Positions 1-13,531 of a stretch of DNA of 64,000 bases are shown one piece after another. How positions within the stretch are numbered: position 1 is the stretch's first letter; every line of letters starts with the position of its first letter. Position numbers and translations under genes: made by a program. The notes beneath the pieces are model-generated. The model did not search any database, had not been told where the DNA came from, and saw only the letters and a program-made list of their open reading frames with translations. The stretch covers positions 19,324,094 to 19,388,093 of the forward strand of contig NC_068990.1 of assembly GCF_001194135.2 (NCBI RefSeq), read 5' to 3'. Source of the DNA: Octopus bimaculoides (lineage: Eukaryota).

Positions 1-41
<41 letters not shown>
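1..41. repeat. (AG)n microsatellite, truncated by window edge
   Basis: Perfect AG dinucleotide run seen directly. Confidence 0.98.
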
Positions 42-44
<3 letters not shown>

Positions 45-568
45 ATATGTGTGTTCGTATGCATCTGTATAACTATTGGAATATGTTTGTGTATACGTAT
101 ATAATTTTATGTGTAGCCCATTTCTCTACGTCCTTCAATGCCCTAATGCCCGCTGCCTTATATTTCTTTCTCTAAAATAAATACTTTCTTTTATCTTCCA
201 TGCCACTATGTTATTCGTTTCTCCCTCCTATTTCGCTAAAATCTTCAATCTTTATTCAAATGTTACGAATGTACGCATTACGCAATCTGTTCAATGGAGA
301 ATGTTACAACTCCTTGTTTTTGATATAAAACTACAAAAGGAGCAACGTGTTAAAAAGCAGAGAAAACTAAATTTCCAATTTGTTTCCAAGAAAATACTTA
401 ACCTTAACTATTGTGAATTGCCAGAGGTAAAGTGAGATTTCAAGAAAATCGAGAATATATTTTTTTATATACGGAACTGACATACGTTATGGCAATTCTG
501 ACCCTTGTTTTCAGGCAAAGACAACTAACGTCAATCTCTTCTGCGTGGTATTATCTACAAACGCTTAA

Positions 569-722
569 GGCAGCGAGCTGGCAGAAACGTTAGCATGCCG
601 GGCGACATGCTTAGCACTATTTCGTGTGTCTTTACGTTCTGAGTTCAAATTCCGCCGTGGTCGACTATGTTTTTTATCCTATCGAGGTCGATAAAGCCAA
701 TACCAGTTGCATACTGGAGTCG
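569..722 (+). mobile_element. tRNA-headed SINE family A, tail missing
   Basis: Head ggcagcgagctggcagaaacgttagc (A-box-like) and gagttcaaattcc (B-box-like); aligns by eye with copies at 9763 and 33645. Confidence 0.88.
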
Positions 723-1664
723 TGCTACTCGAGTGGCCCTTTTCCCACCAAATTTCGCGCCTTGAGCCTAGAGGGGAAAAAGTTCTCCTGCAAACGCTTC
801 TTTTGAGCGGTCGCCAGTTGCTTTGGTTTACTAATAAAGCGGGGCGTATATTTTCGTTCAGTACGATTTGTATGATTAAGAAAAGCTGTAGTATGTAACT
901 TGGATGAACGTAATGAAATGAATTTCAATACAGCCGAAATTAGGTGATGTATTGAATAATGTTTGCACCGAATCACAATGTTGACATTTGTTTATCTATA
1001 AGTCAAAAAACTATTGTCAATCGATCGAGCCAAATATGCTGACAAGCGACAAAAATGAATAAATTCATAGTAAAGTGTCTCCAGTTTTTCCCAAGACGCA
1101 ATCAAATTTTTTACTGAGTGTGCAAATTAATTTTGTGAAATTAATTATTAATCATTTTAAATGATCTTGTATTTTTCTGCGAGAGTATCTGTTAACTGCT
1201 GCTAATTTTTGTATTTTTCGACTATTATTAGACAAAATTCCACTTCAAATATCTCGTTGCTATCTGTGGCAAGATGATCTTCTGCAGTAGGTTTTAAGGG
1301 TAGGAATACTGTTTATGACATAATCTCATCTTAATCCAAGATGGTTTCATAATTTCTATATCAATATATAAATTCCTTGAGTTTGGAAATGAACAATATA
1401 AGTAATGTTTACGTTTTAATTAAAATATACGAGTGTAGTCTCATCGAGAGGGAAGAGGATGCGGTGAACGTTCATGAGCAAAAGTGTTAGCAATTACATC
1501 CTTCAACACGTGTTCATTATCATATCCCTTTAGAAAAGCATCTCTTTAGAAATCCATACCTTGTAGATAATGTGTGTGTGTGTGTGCATGCACGTATATA
1601 TATATTTATATACATATATGTACGTCTATATATGTATATGTACGTATATATATGTATATATATG

Positions 1665-1700
<36 letters not shown>

Positions 1701-1790
1701 GACGCATACATATATATACACATACATATACTTATGTATATATATATATGTGCACACTCATGCATATATATGTATGCGTACACGTATATA

Positions 1791-1889
1791 CTACGCGTTG
1801 AGCGTGGCATTGATTTGGCGATTCATATATGCACTGACATCTATAGACAAAGGTAGACACACGCACATACATATATATACGAAAATATG

Positions 1890-1939
<50 letters not shown>

Positions 1940-2010
1940 TGTGTCTACCTTTGTCTATAGATGTCTGTGCATATATGTATCGCCAAATCGATGCGAGGCT
2001 CAACACGCAG
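1791..2010. repeat. Foldback element: 75-bp inverted arms around an (AT)n-containing spacer
   Basis: 1791-1865 versus reverse complement of 1936-2010: 68/75 identical, inner 30 bp perfect. Confidence 0.92.
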
Positions 2011-3313
2011 TTCACTACTTAGTATTATTTATCATTAATTGATACGTTCAGAGTAGCATATAATAAACGGGGTAGAAGGTCTGTTAGTACTTTTTTTGTG
2101 ACAATCCTTTTCCTGAGTTCAAATATGATTTAGGGAGTTCATTCCACATCAGTCACTCTAATAAATAATTGTGAAGTGATGAAACTAATTAAATCAAGTA
2201 GGCACCATCCTAGAATGTGTATCCCGAATGCCAATTTTAGAAATTATCATTTGCTTGGTAATACATCAAAGACCTTTTTAATTCGTGCCGCACCTACCGT
2301 TCTTTTATCAGTTTTCCTTTTATTTATTCATTGCTTGTATTCTAATTGTTTCCTGTTTTAATTCTCCCTTTGCATCTCGTAATTTTTCTTTCTCTTCCAT
2401 CTTCCATTTTTTTTTTAACGAATTGAAACCTTTATGGGCATGAGGTAAACACTGCACAAATTTCGTAACTGGCATCTCATAAAATAAGAAACTATTGAAA
2501 CAAACACGGAACGCTCGTCTGCATTGGTATTTTGTTTATTTTTGCATTTCTCCTGTTTTGTTTTATTTTATGCTTTATCAATTTTCATCATTTGCAATTC
2601 TATTTATTTGTCAAATAGTTTTATATTTCTGCAGGCTGTTTCTTGTAAATCTTCTTTTCTTTATAGTTATTAGTATCTGATAATAATTCTGCTTGTCACT
2701 CCATTACACAGTCCATCCGTAACGCTTCCGCGTGATTAGTTGGAAGGAGAGGGGATGGGAGTCGGAAGAAGAGGGGGAATGACAAGATAGGGGAAGGGAG
2801 GGGAGAGTTGGTGATGCGTATACTTTTTAAACTGTTTTTTCTCCGTTATTTAGCTGGTCTGTAACGCTTCCCCGCGATTAGTTGAAGGGAGTTTTCTGCG
2901 CCGGAGCTGAGGCATTTTGAAAAATAGCCCCAATGTAATTGGTAGAACTGTATGCAAGTCTTATTTCATGAAGACAATTCGTGTCTAGTTCTGAAAATTA
3001 TATTGATTCTAGAACGGCTGTGCTGACGAGAAAACGGATGTTGTTACGTAAGTTAAACGTTAATATTCGAATCTGCAGTACACAGCTAATTTTTTATTCT
3101 GTATATTTCGCATTTTTTCCTGTTCTGGTGTCTTGCGAAATTTTTCTGAAGAACATTATTTTTCTTTGTGGTTGGGTCATTTATGACCTCTTTCTAGCAT
3201 ATTGGATGTCTACCTAGTGTATATTCCTTATACACGTGTAATACAATTTTTTCTGATTTTTCAGATTTTTTATATGCTAGGCCACATGGTTTTAAATTGA
3301 ATTAATATTCAAT

Positions 3314-3314
<1 letters not shown>

Positions 3315-3390
<76 letters not shown>
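3315..3390. repeat. (TATC)n microsatellite
   Basis: Perfect tetranucleotide run. Confidence 0.97.
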
Positions 3391-3392
<2 letters not shown>

Positions 3393-4069
3393 ATTAGATA
3401 TATAAATCCACCTATTTCTCGATATATCTGTCTATATTAGTGTATTTATCTCTCTATCTATCTAGCTACGTAGCTATATATCGATCTATCACTAGCTAGC
3501 TAGATATGTGGTTAGATAGGTGTATTTATTTAATAATAACAGCATTTCCGAATGCATGCATGCAAATAGTACATTCTTCCGTAGAGAAGTATGTCTATAA
3601 TAAGATAAGAATATATAAATAGATCTAGATATGTGTATATACATAAACATATAGTAAGATAGATAAATTGCTTGATACACCATTAGATGTCGTTTATCGA
3701 TTATTAAAATAAATTAAATATCAACGTACTATTTCAATGGCTATAAAATTTCATGAGCAAGACAAGAAAACAACTTTAGGTGAATAGGTTCTGCAGTAAT
3801 TGCATGCAATATTTGTACATCTATGCTGTACTAAAAAAATAAATTTTACAATTTTTTTTCTATAAATCTAATCTGACGTATAATATCTACAGCTTTTCAA
3901 ACTTTGTGTTTTCGTTTTTATCTGTCTTTTTTATTTCTGTGTATACTTTCAATATTCCCTATTATTTATGACTCAGAGCGTAGACTTGATGTTACCATTA
4001 ACGTCTAAGATTAATTGAAATTTAATTACAAGTATTAATTGCTAAACACTAGTAAAAGATATACTACTA

Positions 4070-4195
4070 GGACGACAACGATGATGATTATGATGATGAT
4101 GATAGTAACAATAGCAATAGCAGTAATAATGATGACGATGACGACGATGGCGACAATAATAATGTCCGAGATGATGATGACGACGACGACGACGG
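4070..4195. repeat. Degenerate (GAT/GAC/AAT)n trinucleotide tract
   Basis: Seen directly; explains the Met/Thr-rich ORF 4039-4449. Confidence 0.9.
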
Positions 4196-4461
4196 TAATA
4201 TGGGGAATTGTGCCTTTCCTGTTTAATTACGAGTTAAAACGTTTATATTACAAATTTTATTTCAAGGTTTTCAACATTTATATAATATTTTGTATTTCTA
4301 TTGAAAATTGTAATAAAGTAAGAATGAATGAATTCATTTTAATTTTGTATGTGCCGGATAATTCGACGAGTCCGTGGTCGCATACAGAAATACATATAAC
4401 AATATACGTGCGTATGCGTGAGTGTGTGTGTTTACATGTATCAATGTAATTACATACATGC

Positions 4462-4508
<47 letters not shown>

Positions 4509-4513
4509 GTAAA

Positions 4514-4838
4514 GGCGCGTGGCTCAGTGGTTTGGGTATTCGGCTCACGTGCTTAAGGACATGAATTCAATTCCCGGTGACGCGTTTGTGCCCTTGAGCA
4601 AGACACTTTATTTCACGCTGCTCCACTCCCCTCATCTGACAGAAATGAGAAAATGGGAAATACCTGTATCTTAGTGAACCAACCTTGTCACAATCGGTGT
4701 CACGAGGAACCTCCCTGAGAACTACGTTAGGGATACATGTGTTTCTGGAGTGATCAGTCACTTGCACGTTAATTACACTAGGATGCTGTGTTCGGTTAAT
4801 CAGATGAACTGGAAACCTCGTCGTCGTATTTGACGGAG
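4514..4838 (+). mobile_element. tRNA-headed SINE family B with CORE-like segment
   Basis: A-box gtggctcagtggtt, B-box-like aattcaattccc, then tgtgcccttgagcaagacacttta, which resembles the CORE-SINE motif; the head is shared with 13090 and 33249(-). Confidence 0.8.
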
Positions 4839-5156
4839 CAGCAGGATGTATATTGTATTTTTGACAGATATATACGTGTATATATGTTTGGTCTTTCTTT
4901 GCTTCTTTAAACATGTACTGAATTGCTCTCAACTCGACTTTCAGCCCACTGAGTACTTCATAGGTAAAAAGTCTTTTTGGTGTTCTTGCTGGTCTCATTG
5001 ATATTTCCTGGGGTTTCTTGTTTTGTTTATGATCTTTCAATTGTTCGTTAATAAAATGGCGAAAGTTGTATTCGTTTTATTCGCTAATTTTTAGGTTTCG
5101 CTAATTTTCATTTGTTGATTTCGCTAATTCTCGTCAATATATAAATCACAATTATA

Positions 5157-5366
5157 GCAACGAGCGAGTAGAATCGTTAGCACGCCGGACAAAATGCTTA
5201 GCTGCGTTTCGTCCATCCTTACTTTCTGACTTCAAATTTCGCCGAGGTCGAATTTGCCTCTCAACCTTTCGGAGTCGATAAAGTAAGTACCAGTTGCAGA
5301 CTGGGGTCCATGTAATCGGCATACCCATTACGCAGAAATTGCTAGCATCATGCCTAAAAGGAAACC
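5157..5366 (+). mobile_element. SINE family A, tail type 2, diverged
   Basis: cgttagcacgccggacaaaatgcttagc...ttcaaatttcgccgaggtcg...aagtaccagttg...gaaattgctagcatcatgcc. Confidence 0.88.
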
Positions 5367-5370
5367 AATA

Positions 5371-5549
5371 TACGATGGGTTGATTAGAAGTTCCTGACTT
5401 TATTGCTATAGGTCTGGTTGGCGGCCCATACTTCACGGGCTTAGAAAAACTGAAGGACCATTGCAATTGTTGTGTGAATCGGAGAGGGAAATATGTTGCA
5501 TAAAATCGTAATTAACTGATCCTCCTGTATATTCTTTTACCTCATCGTA
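5371..5549 (+). mobile_element. Internally deleted mariner (MITE-like derivative)
   Basis: Begins tacgatggg and ends ctcatcgta (short TIR match including TA). 5429-5503 translates YFTGLEKLKDHCNCCVNRRGKYVA*, matching the mariner transposase C-terminal pattern F/Y..GI.KL..RW.KC....G.Y. Confidence 0.78.
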
Positions 5550-5959
5550 TAGATTGCAATATCCTGCTTTCGTAATCTTGGTTTTTATGAAATTCCTTAT
5601 ATTTGCACAGTTTCCAATTTGTCCATACTTTTTTTGAAGTTATCTTACACTTTACGTGATAAATAACTTCGATATAACTGAAGTCGCTAAAGATTATTTG
5701 GAAATTCTATAGAGTATTGCGATGTGTGTAAACTGATATCGTTTTCTCTTCGTGAATTCTTTATTTATTTTCTGTTGCTGCTTGTTTTGTTTTCGTACTT
5801 ATCCTCCCTGCTTTGGTATTTCCATTGATCTATTTTCATTCGATGTTTATCCTGGGAGTATAACGGACCATTTCTATACAGGAATTTATTCTGGTGTACT
5901 TAACATGATATTATCTACCACCAAATGTAATTTTTGCGTAATTCTTTCTGTAAGGACTG

Positions 5960-6135
5960 CAAAGTGGCTGGCTGGAAGATTTGTTACCGTGTCGAACAAA
6001 ATATTCAGTAGAGTTTCTATCGGCTCCGCCTCTTCTATGTTCAAATTCCACAGCGGTTAATTTTGTCTTTGATTCTTTCGATATCAATAAAATAAGCATT
6101 GCAGTTGATAAAATAAGTGGCTAACCCCCACCTCT
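5960..6135 (+). mobile_element. Highly diverged SINE family A copy
   Basis: gttcaaattccacagcggttaattttgtctttgattctttcgatatcaataaaataag aligns with the family A body. Confidence 0.55.
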
Positions 6136-7841
6136 AAAAAATGCTCCTTGTTTTCCCAAATTTGAAACCATTAACGTACACATCAATTTACATTTATATC
6201 TTTTATTATCACTTAAATTTTAAATGTTACAAGTTAGTGGTAGCGTTCCAACATCCCACGTATTGTTGCGATATATTCTTTGCCGATTTATATAACTTGT
6301 GTGCCGGATGGTATGCCAATATTTAGCGGATAATGTTGCTGACCGAACGCTTTATAAACACAATTGTACACTTGAAACATTTTTCATATATATAACATAG
6401 CAGATTTCTTTTCCAAACTATATGGATAAGAATATTTTTCTGGGCTTAAATATCGTTGATTTAGCTTTGATTATTGGTTTACGATTTATCAATTACTTTG
6501 TGTCCATAGATGCTTTGAGAGATTGTTATGATGTGGCCTTTATATCGACGTATTCTTACTTGCTGGCAAATATTCATTAGATTTTCTATGAAATATAACC
6601 ATATTAATTCGTTGCCTTTGAATCATCCTATCACCAAATGTTTACATCTAAATCTCTTTGCTTCTTCGTTTACCCACATTGTATTATTGTAAAATACGGC
6701 AGATATTCTCGAGCTTATTATATTGTTTATCAATTAGCCAATGAAAGTAGGAGAGTTATGAAAAGTTCTGATTTACAGATAGAATTATGGAATGTCGAAC
6801 ACAATGTGGATATATATAAGATTTGTAATTTTGGTCACTGCACCAGTCGTTAATGTAAGATGTCATTTCAACTTGTCTAAAATTTTTGAAGGGAGATTGG
6901 ACACGAAATCTATTTCGCCTGCCTTTCTCTCTGTTGATCACTCCGCAATTGTTATCTTGTTAAAAAAGTTAATCTTATTGTATTTCAGTTTGGAAAAGTA
7001 TAATACTTAATTCTTACAAGTCTTATTTCTATTCCTTAAGTTTTTTCTTCTATCTTTGAACTTGTTACCAAATCTTCGGCGCATTACTACGTTGATATAA
7101 TATACAATGCTTGTTCACTTTTTGAATATATTAAGTTCACAATATATATGAAGAGACAGGATACAGATAAGAAAATCCCCTGGCGGAATTCGTTTGCCAG
7201 GAGTTTGTCATGTACTCCAAAGCCATTTTCTTCTATGTATATATTATGGGCTTCTGTGTTCAGTACACAAATGAGATACGTCTAATAGGAAAAGTGCAAC
7301 AGTATTACTTGTATTACTTATTATTTTACTTTCGAAGACGTAACAGATAAAATCATATACAACAGAATTTTGTTTTAAGTGAGAACAAAATCGCTATGTT
7401 TTGTATAGTATCTCTCAATGGACAACATACGAATTTCTACAAATATCTGTCGAAAGTGAAATTCCTCACACAATATTAAAACAAAATTTCAGTGTGTACA
7501 GTATAGAACGAAGGGTCTAATAAAAGTTGGCGTGGTCACGATTGGAATGCCTCTTGTCGTGTAACCACAAAGGTATGCAGAGCAAAGACGGGTGTAATAC
7601 ACATATATATCCAATATATCTACATATCCTCTCTTCTGATCATATTCGATGAAACATTAAATTGAATATATATATATACACATACACACACACACATAAA
7701 CACAAACACACACACACACATAAACACAAACACACAAAATTCCTTCTCCTATAGTTACAGATATACAATTTATATTTGATCATTTGATCATACTGCAATA
7801 TACATCATAAATGAAAATTCAAGCGGAAATACTCCAGTAAC

Positions 7842-7901
<60 letters not shown>
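7842..7901. repeat. (AAT)n microsatellite
   Basis: About 20 perfect units; source of the poly-Leu ORF on the minus strand. Confidence 0.97.
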
Positions 7902-7903
<2 letters not shown>

Positions 7904-8518
7904 TGAGGATGATGTTGATAGCAATAATAATGATAACAATAAAATAATAATAATAATATTTATAGAAATAAATTCATATTTACGAGGAGGTAATATTAGA
8001 TCGAGATATGACTTCATGTAATTATGACCAGTCTATTCACATTTACTGTATACTTCTAGGCAGTTAGAGAATAGATTCTAAAATACGTTACCTTATAATG
8101 GATATCTGCAATATATTAATATATTATCGTCCAAGAAGATAGTATCATGCAATTATGTTCAATGTCTTTTATCGCTCACACAGCTGTCGATTCACGAAAA
8201 TGTTTCTAGCGTTATATTGATACTAAATATATTATAGTGGAGTCGATTAATATGTAACGAGTTGATTTAATTACACACACTAATATGTAAACGATTTATC
8301 TTAAGTATTTTTACAGGAATACATTTGCAATCGTTGTCTTCATATTTTAGCATTTGTTCTTTCGAAATATTCTGCAGAGCTTGATGTTAAAGGGATGTAC
8401 GTTTTAAGCAGTGAATGCGTATGTACGCAAAATAAATTTCTTTCTATTTATAAATATTAATATGCACGTACACATACATACAGTCACACCAACACATATA
8501 TATATATATATATATATA

Positions 8519-8783
8519 NNNNNNNNNNNNNNNNNNNNNNNNNNNNNNNNNNNNNNNNNNNNNNNNNNNNNNNNNNNNNNNNNNNNNNNNNNNNNNNNNN
8601 NNNNNNNNNNNNNNNNNNNNNNNNNNNNNNNNNNNNNNNNNNNNNNNNNNNNNNNNNNNNNNNNNNNNNNNNNNNNNNNNNNNNNNNNNNNNNNNNNNNN
8701 NNNNNNNNNNNNNNNNNNNNNNNNNNNNNNNNNNNNNNNNNNNNNNNNNNNNNNNNNNNNNNNNNNNNNNNNNNNNNNNNNNN
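8519..8783. other. Assembly gap flanked by (TA)n; representative of 14 N-runs
   Basis: Other gaps at about 13666-14090, 15461-15472, 25077-25270, 26843-26982, 28135-28351, 29167-29861, 34816-35814, 37540-37580, 38620-38983, 39482-39491, 40185-40339, 47790-48745 and 53412-54009. Confidence 0.98.
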
Positions 8784-8817
<34 letters not shown>

Positions 8818-9762
8818 AGATGACCACAGGAGCTACAGACTATACTGTACCCATCCCATGGATACGTACTCAAATGTTAAAATCTTCTGATATGTGGAAA
8901 CGCGTGTAGTGATGTGTGAAATATTTATAAATTCCATACTAGAATTATTGTCCTTATTATCATAATGATCCTTCATTATATCGATATAACCATGATGCAA
9001 CCCCGAAAAACTGACTCACTAGTCAGCATCATGAGACGGCAGCCGGTACAATGAAACAGGAGATGTATATGCGAACGATAACGTTACCATAAATGAATTT
9101 AAAAGGTATATATAATCATATATAAATTATAGATCCAGCAGAAGTGATTTCAAGTGCAGCCTATGTATAAAGAACCCAAGTGGTGGTTAAAATTCACATT
9201 TGCTGTTTCGGAGGCATTTTATTGATGTGTTCTTAGATTACATCATGGCAAAAATCCACTATCATCATGTAAACTTTAAACATATTAAAAGGTAAAGCAG
9301 AAATAGACGTTGATTATTTCCCCAACACCCGTAGTAGAAGAAGGGTAATCTTTGAGAAGGTACAATGGAGTTTATAAAGGAAGTAGGTCCGAAACAAAGA
9401 GCACATCTAGTTCAGAAACCACTTGTTTCGAAGGTACTTTATAGCCGGTGGCTAATGGCCAAACGAAGACATAAAATGAAAAAAATAAAGTAGAATATTA
9501 TTTGATAATGTCACACGGATAAAGGAAGTATGAAAGGTGTTCAGGAATTAAGGGGTGTCACCAATCAGGAAATAAACTTCTAGACGTATCGCAAACTTCA
9601 ATACAGACACAGACACGCGAACACACAAGCATATATACACACGCAATATTACACATATATACACATATGTGAATACAAAAACATGCAGACACACGCAGAT
9701 GCATATATACATACATACATATATACACATACACATGCACGCTCACACGCGCGCGCACACAC

Positions 9763-9989
9763 GCGGCGAGCTGGCAGAAACGTTAGTACACCGGGCGAAA
9801 TGCTTAGCGGTATTTCGTCTGCCGCTACGTTCTGAGTTCAAATTCCGCCGAGGTCGACTTTGCCTTTCATCCTTTCGGGGTCGATTAAATAAGTACCAGT
9901 TACGCACTGGGGTCGATATAATCGACTTAATCCTTGTTTGTCTGTCCTTGTTTGTCCCCTCTGTGTGTAGCCCCTTGTGGGTAGTAAAG

Positions 9990-9994
<5 letters not shown>
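9763..9994 (+). mobile_element. Full-length, young-looking SINE family A, tail type 1, inserted in a (CA)n tract
   Basis: Complete head, body and tail (gtttgtcccctctgtgtgtagccccttgtgggtagtaaagaaata); near-identical to 33645. Confidence 0.95.
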
Positions 9995-10026
<32 letters not shown>

Positions 10027-12599
10027 ATGTCGAACGACGTGAATAAGTGCTCTACACTGCATTGGCTGAAAACTTTGTAATTTGTACATCAAGGATACCA
10101 TTGGTTTCAGGTTAAGAAAATATTTAACGATTCTTCAAGCAGATTCATGGAAGAATGGTGTTCCTCTCCATTTTCGATGAAAACACATGCATCTACAGAT
10201 ATTTAAGTATCCTATATACGTGCATAAGCAAATATATTGAAAAAGCAGACAAATGTTTGCGTATACACAAAGCACTCGCATGCATGTTTGTATATATATA
10301 TGCAGATATATACATACATATATATAAGTCATTATACCTATTGATATATGCGTGCTCATATGTATTATATATACGTATGCATATATACAGACATACGTAC
10401 CTCGCGAATGAGGACAGCAACTTATTCACCAAAAGCCAAATACCAAATGAACGCAGAGCCAGACTATAGACGATTCCACGTTAAGGTCGCAACACTCGAG
10501 CTGAAACTAATAAAAGATTAAAAGAGATATTACATAGATATATATGATTTATGCTTAGTAATGTTTCGATAACTGAACTTTCGTCTGATGATAACGTTTA
10601 CTTCCTTTCAGTGCACATACATACATTCTGCTGAATAGGATAAGCGTGTCAAGCATCGGATAAATAGATAATGGAGTACCGGCGTGCAATCGACATAACG
10701 ATGAAGTTCTAGCTTTTTCTTACAAATTATTAGCGTAAAACTATACTGAAAATCGAAGTAGGAGCTGTAAAATGTAATATCAGAGTAAATTTAAGAAATA
10801 CTAATTTTGAAATAATACTGGATGCGGTAAGTTTATTTGAAAGAAGAATGTGAATAGGACAATTCTTATATTTGTTTAAAGCAAAATCTTCAATTATTCT
10901 GCAACATTTTTTGGATTATTTTCATAGCTAGTGTATGTCAGTTTTCATTGTAATGTATGTTTTTATCACATACTGTCTCCTAAAAATATTTTCTGTTGCT
11001 TCTCTTTTCATTTGTGTTACACTCTCTCGTCTAACATATCTATCACAATCTTCATTTGTACTGATATTCCTTTCAAGTGATACATATTTCATTATTTTCT
11101 TTGCTTTTCGAACGCTCTTATATGATATCACAGTTACAAGGATATTGTAAACCACGACCTGAGACTACTGCATGAAGACAGATGTTTTGTTATATCTTAG
11201 CTTCTAGATAAAAGCTAACAAAACTAAAAAGAATATTTAAAAGCGAAAACAAAGTCACATTATAACAACTTGCGGAAAACTGTATTATACATTTCGAGAA
11301 AACCTTTATCAATATTCTGCATATTTTTTTCTTTTCTTAATATTTGTGGAAAGGAGCGAAGAAAACTGAAAGCCAATACAAGTCTTACAATAGATATAAT
11401 GTATATCTAAAATTGAATATGTAAATATAACATAATTTATAGTTCCTTTTGCAGCAAAGTTCATAGACATCTATAACAATAGATATCTATCTTTATGTAT
11501 GATAGATCAAGTCAAAAACCATGTTTCTTTTATTGATTGTAACATCTATTTGGAAATATAGAAATATCACTTGTATATGAAGGTGAGAATACAAAGAAAA
11601 AACCTAAAAGATAAAGGTATCGGTAAAAACTATGACATAAAAATATGGATGAAATATGTATTGTTATATCTATTTATACTTGCGAAATGTGTTATGGATA
11701 TATTAAGAAAAAAAAAGCAAACAATCCAAAAAAACGTATATGCAAAACGTAATGTTGAATTTATTGGAAAAAGAATCAAGCATGAAAGAGGAGAAATAAG
11801 ACAGGAAAAATAACAATCGCATGAGGGTATCATTTTTATTTCCTGCTCCTTCTTCGCTTTGTAAACAAAAGTGAATATACATACATACATGCATACATAC
11901 ATAGGTGTGTGTGGGGGTGTATATGTATAAACATGTACGCGCACATATATGTATGCATATAAGTATATGTGTATATATATACGTATATATAATATATCAT
12001 ATAATTATTTATGTATGAATATGTATATATGTACACATATACATATACATTCATGCATACTTATACATGCGTGTCTGTGTGTGTGTCTGTGCGTGTATGT
12101 GTGTGTGTCCACTTATGATGCATATTCAACCATCTTCTCAGTAACAACAATAAGAATAGATCATCAGAAAATCCTTACTCACAGCGATGGAACCCAGCTA
12201 TTTCAAAGAATGAGAACTTAACGGAAACAGTAGAGCAATGGTTTAGTAAACTCAAATGCAGACGCCTCTTTTAAGAAGACACATCAAGGAGTCTTTAAAA
12301 GTGTTCATGTTGTGTTACATCCTTTTCATTGACACTACCTCTGCTTTCCTTAGTGTGAATTCTGTCCATCAACATCTCACTGTATTACATTAAAATTAAA
12401 TATATTAAGTATCTTACTGACTTCTACTACTTGTCAGAAGTGTGCTGACTTTTTATTGAACACTGCACTATCATAGTCACGTAGGTGACTTTTGGGCTCA
12501 GCTTTCTTTGTGCAGGAACATATCTAGTTCTCATTTCAGTATAAATGTGCAGTGAGAAGTGTGGTGGTAGAACCATCTCATAAGCAACTCGATTTATTC

Positions 12600-13030
12600 C
12601 TAACTCATATGACTTTAGAGTGCTTATAAACCCAAGCTTTTGAGAGAAAAATCGTGCTTAGTCATTGCATCTCAATTCTTCCTTGATTTAAGCAGTCAAT
12701 GTATTTAAGTACCACGCACAGAGCGAAAGCATCAGTTGACAATGTTCTATTTGCTCTTGCTACCACATTTGTACATGGTAGCCTCTCTCAATTATGTACG
12801 GGTTTCAGTCGATGTTTGCCGGATTTCCATATCGATTTCCAGATGTTGCATTTTATCGCATACATAAAGCGCTACCTAGGTCTAAGCTGAGATGTTTTCC
12901 TTGAGATCTTCTCCCCCCAAAATAACTGTTTCGAAAGCCTGCCATCTTCTTTCCTGACAACATGACCAGCCAATGACTCTGCTTCAACCTTTTCTCAATT
13001 CTGGTCCAAGTGTTTAAGAGGCCCACTTTA
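12600..13030 (-). pseudogene. Decayed RTE-clade LINE, ORF C-terminal fragment
   Basis: Minus strand reads AGHVVRKEDGRLSKQLFWGEKISRKTSQLRPR*RF (RTE-type WAGHV.RM.D.RLPKQLFYGEL...R..GRP..RF). It then reads CND*ARFFSQKLGFISTLKSY, a degenerate C-terminal zinc knuckle. In-frame stops are present. Confidence 0.8.
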
Positions 13031-13089
13031 AGTCTTGGATGCGCCGGATACATACATACTTACATACATACATGCATATATACATACAT

Positions 13090-13195
13090 GTGTGTGGCTC
13101 AGGAGCCAGGGGGTTGCACTCATGTTCAACAGATCACTGGTTCCAGGCCTGGGTGTTGTATTCTTGAACAAAGCACTTTACTTCGCGTTGCTCTA
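13090..13195 (+). mobile_element. SINE family B 5' fragment (head plus CORE-like segment)
   Basis: gtgtggctcagg...tgtattcttgaacaaagcactttacttcgcgttgctc parallels 4514-4625. Confidence 0.6.
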
Positions 13196-13479
13196 AAGGT
13201 TCTGAATGTACCAGAACTGTTGGCGCATCAGCAGAGGTGCTATACATTATACCTTACGGCTCTCTATAGTCTGATTTCAAATCCTATCTACCCGCAGAAG
13301 GAACGCGACACCATTCTCCACTATTCATTCCAAGTCTAGCCATAAACGCATTTGGTCCCACTAGTCGACTTAACGACGGCAAGGTAGATTGCAGCCCCAC
13401 TTCGGTCGCATGGACATATGAAATGTGTTGGAGAAGGATTATATGCACAGGATATGCCCAAGGGCAGAAAACACTAGAG

Positions 13480-13531
<52 letters not shown>

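Noticed and set aside
4514-4580. tRNA-like heads as possible tRNA genes
   Set aside because: A/B boxes run into SINE bodies, no full cloverleaf is present, and the heads are multi-copy.
4567-5040. 157-aa minus-strand ORF
   Set aside because: Two thirds of it is antisense SINE-B sequence; the remainder is unrecognised.
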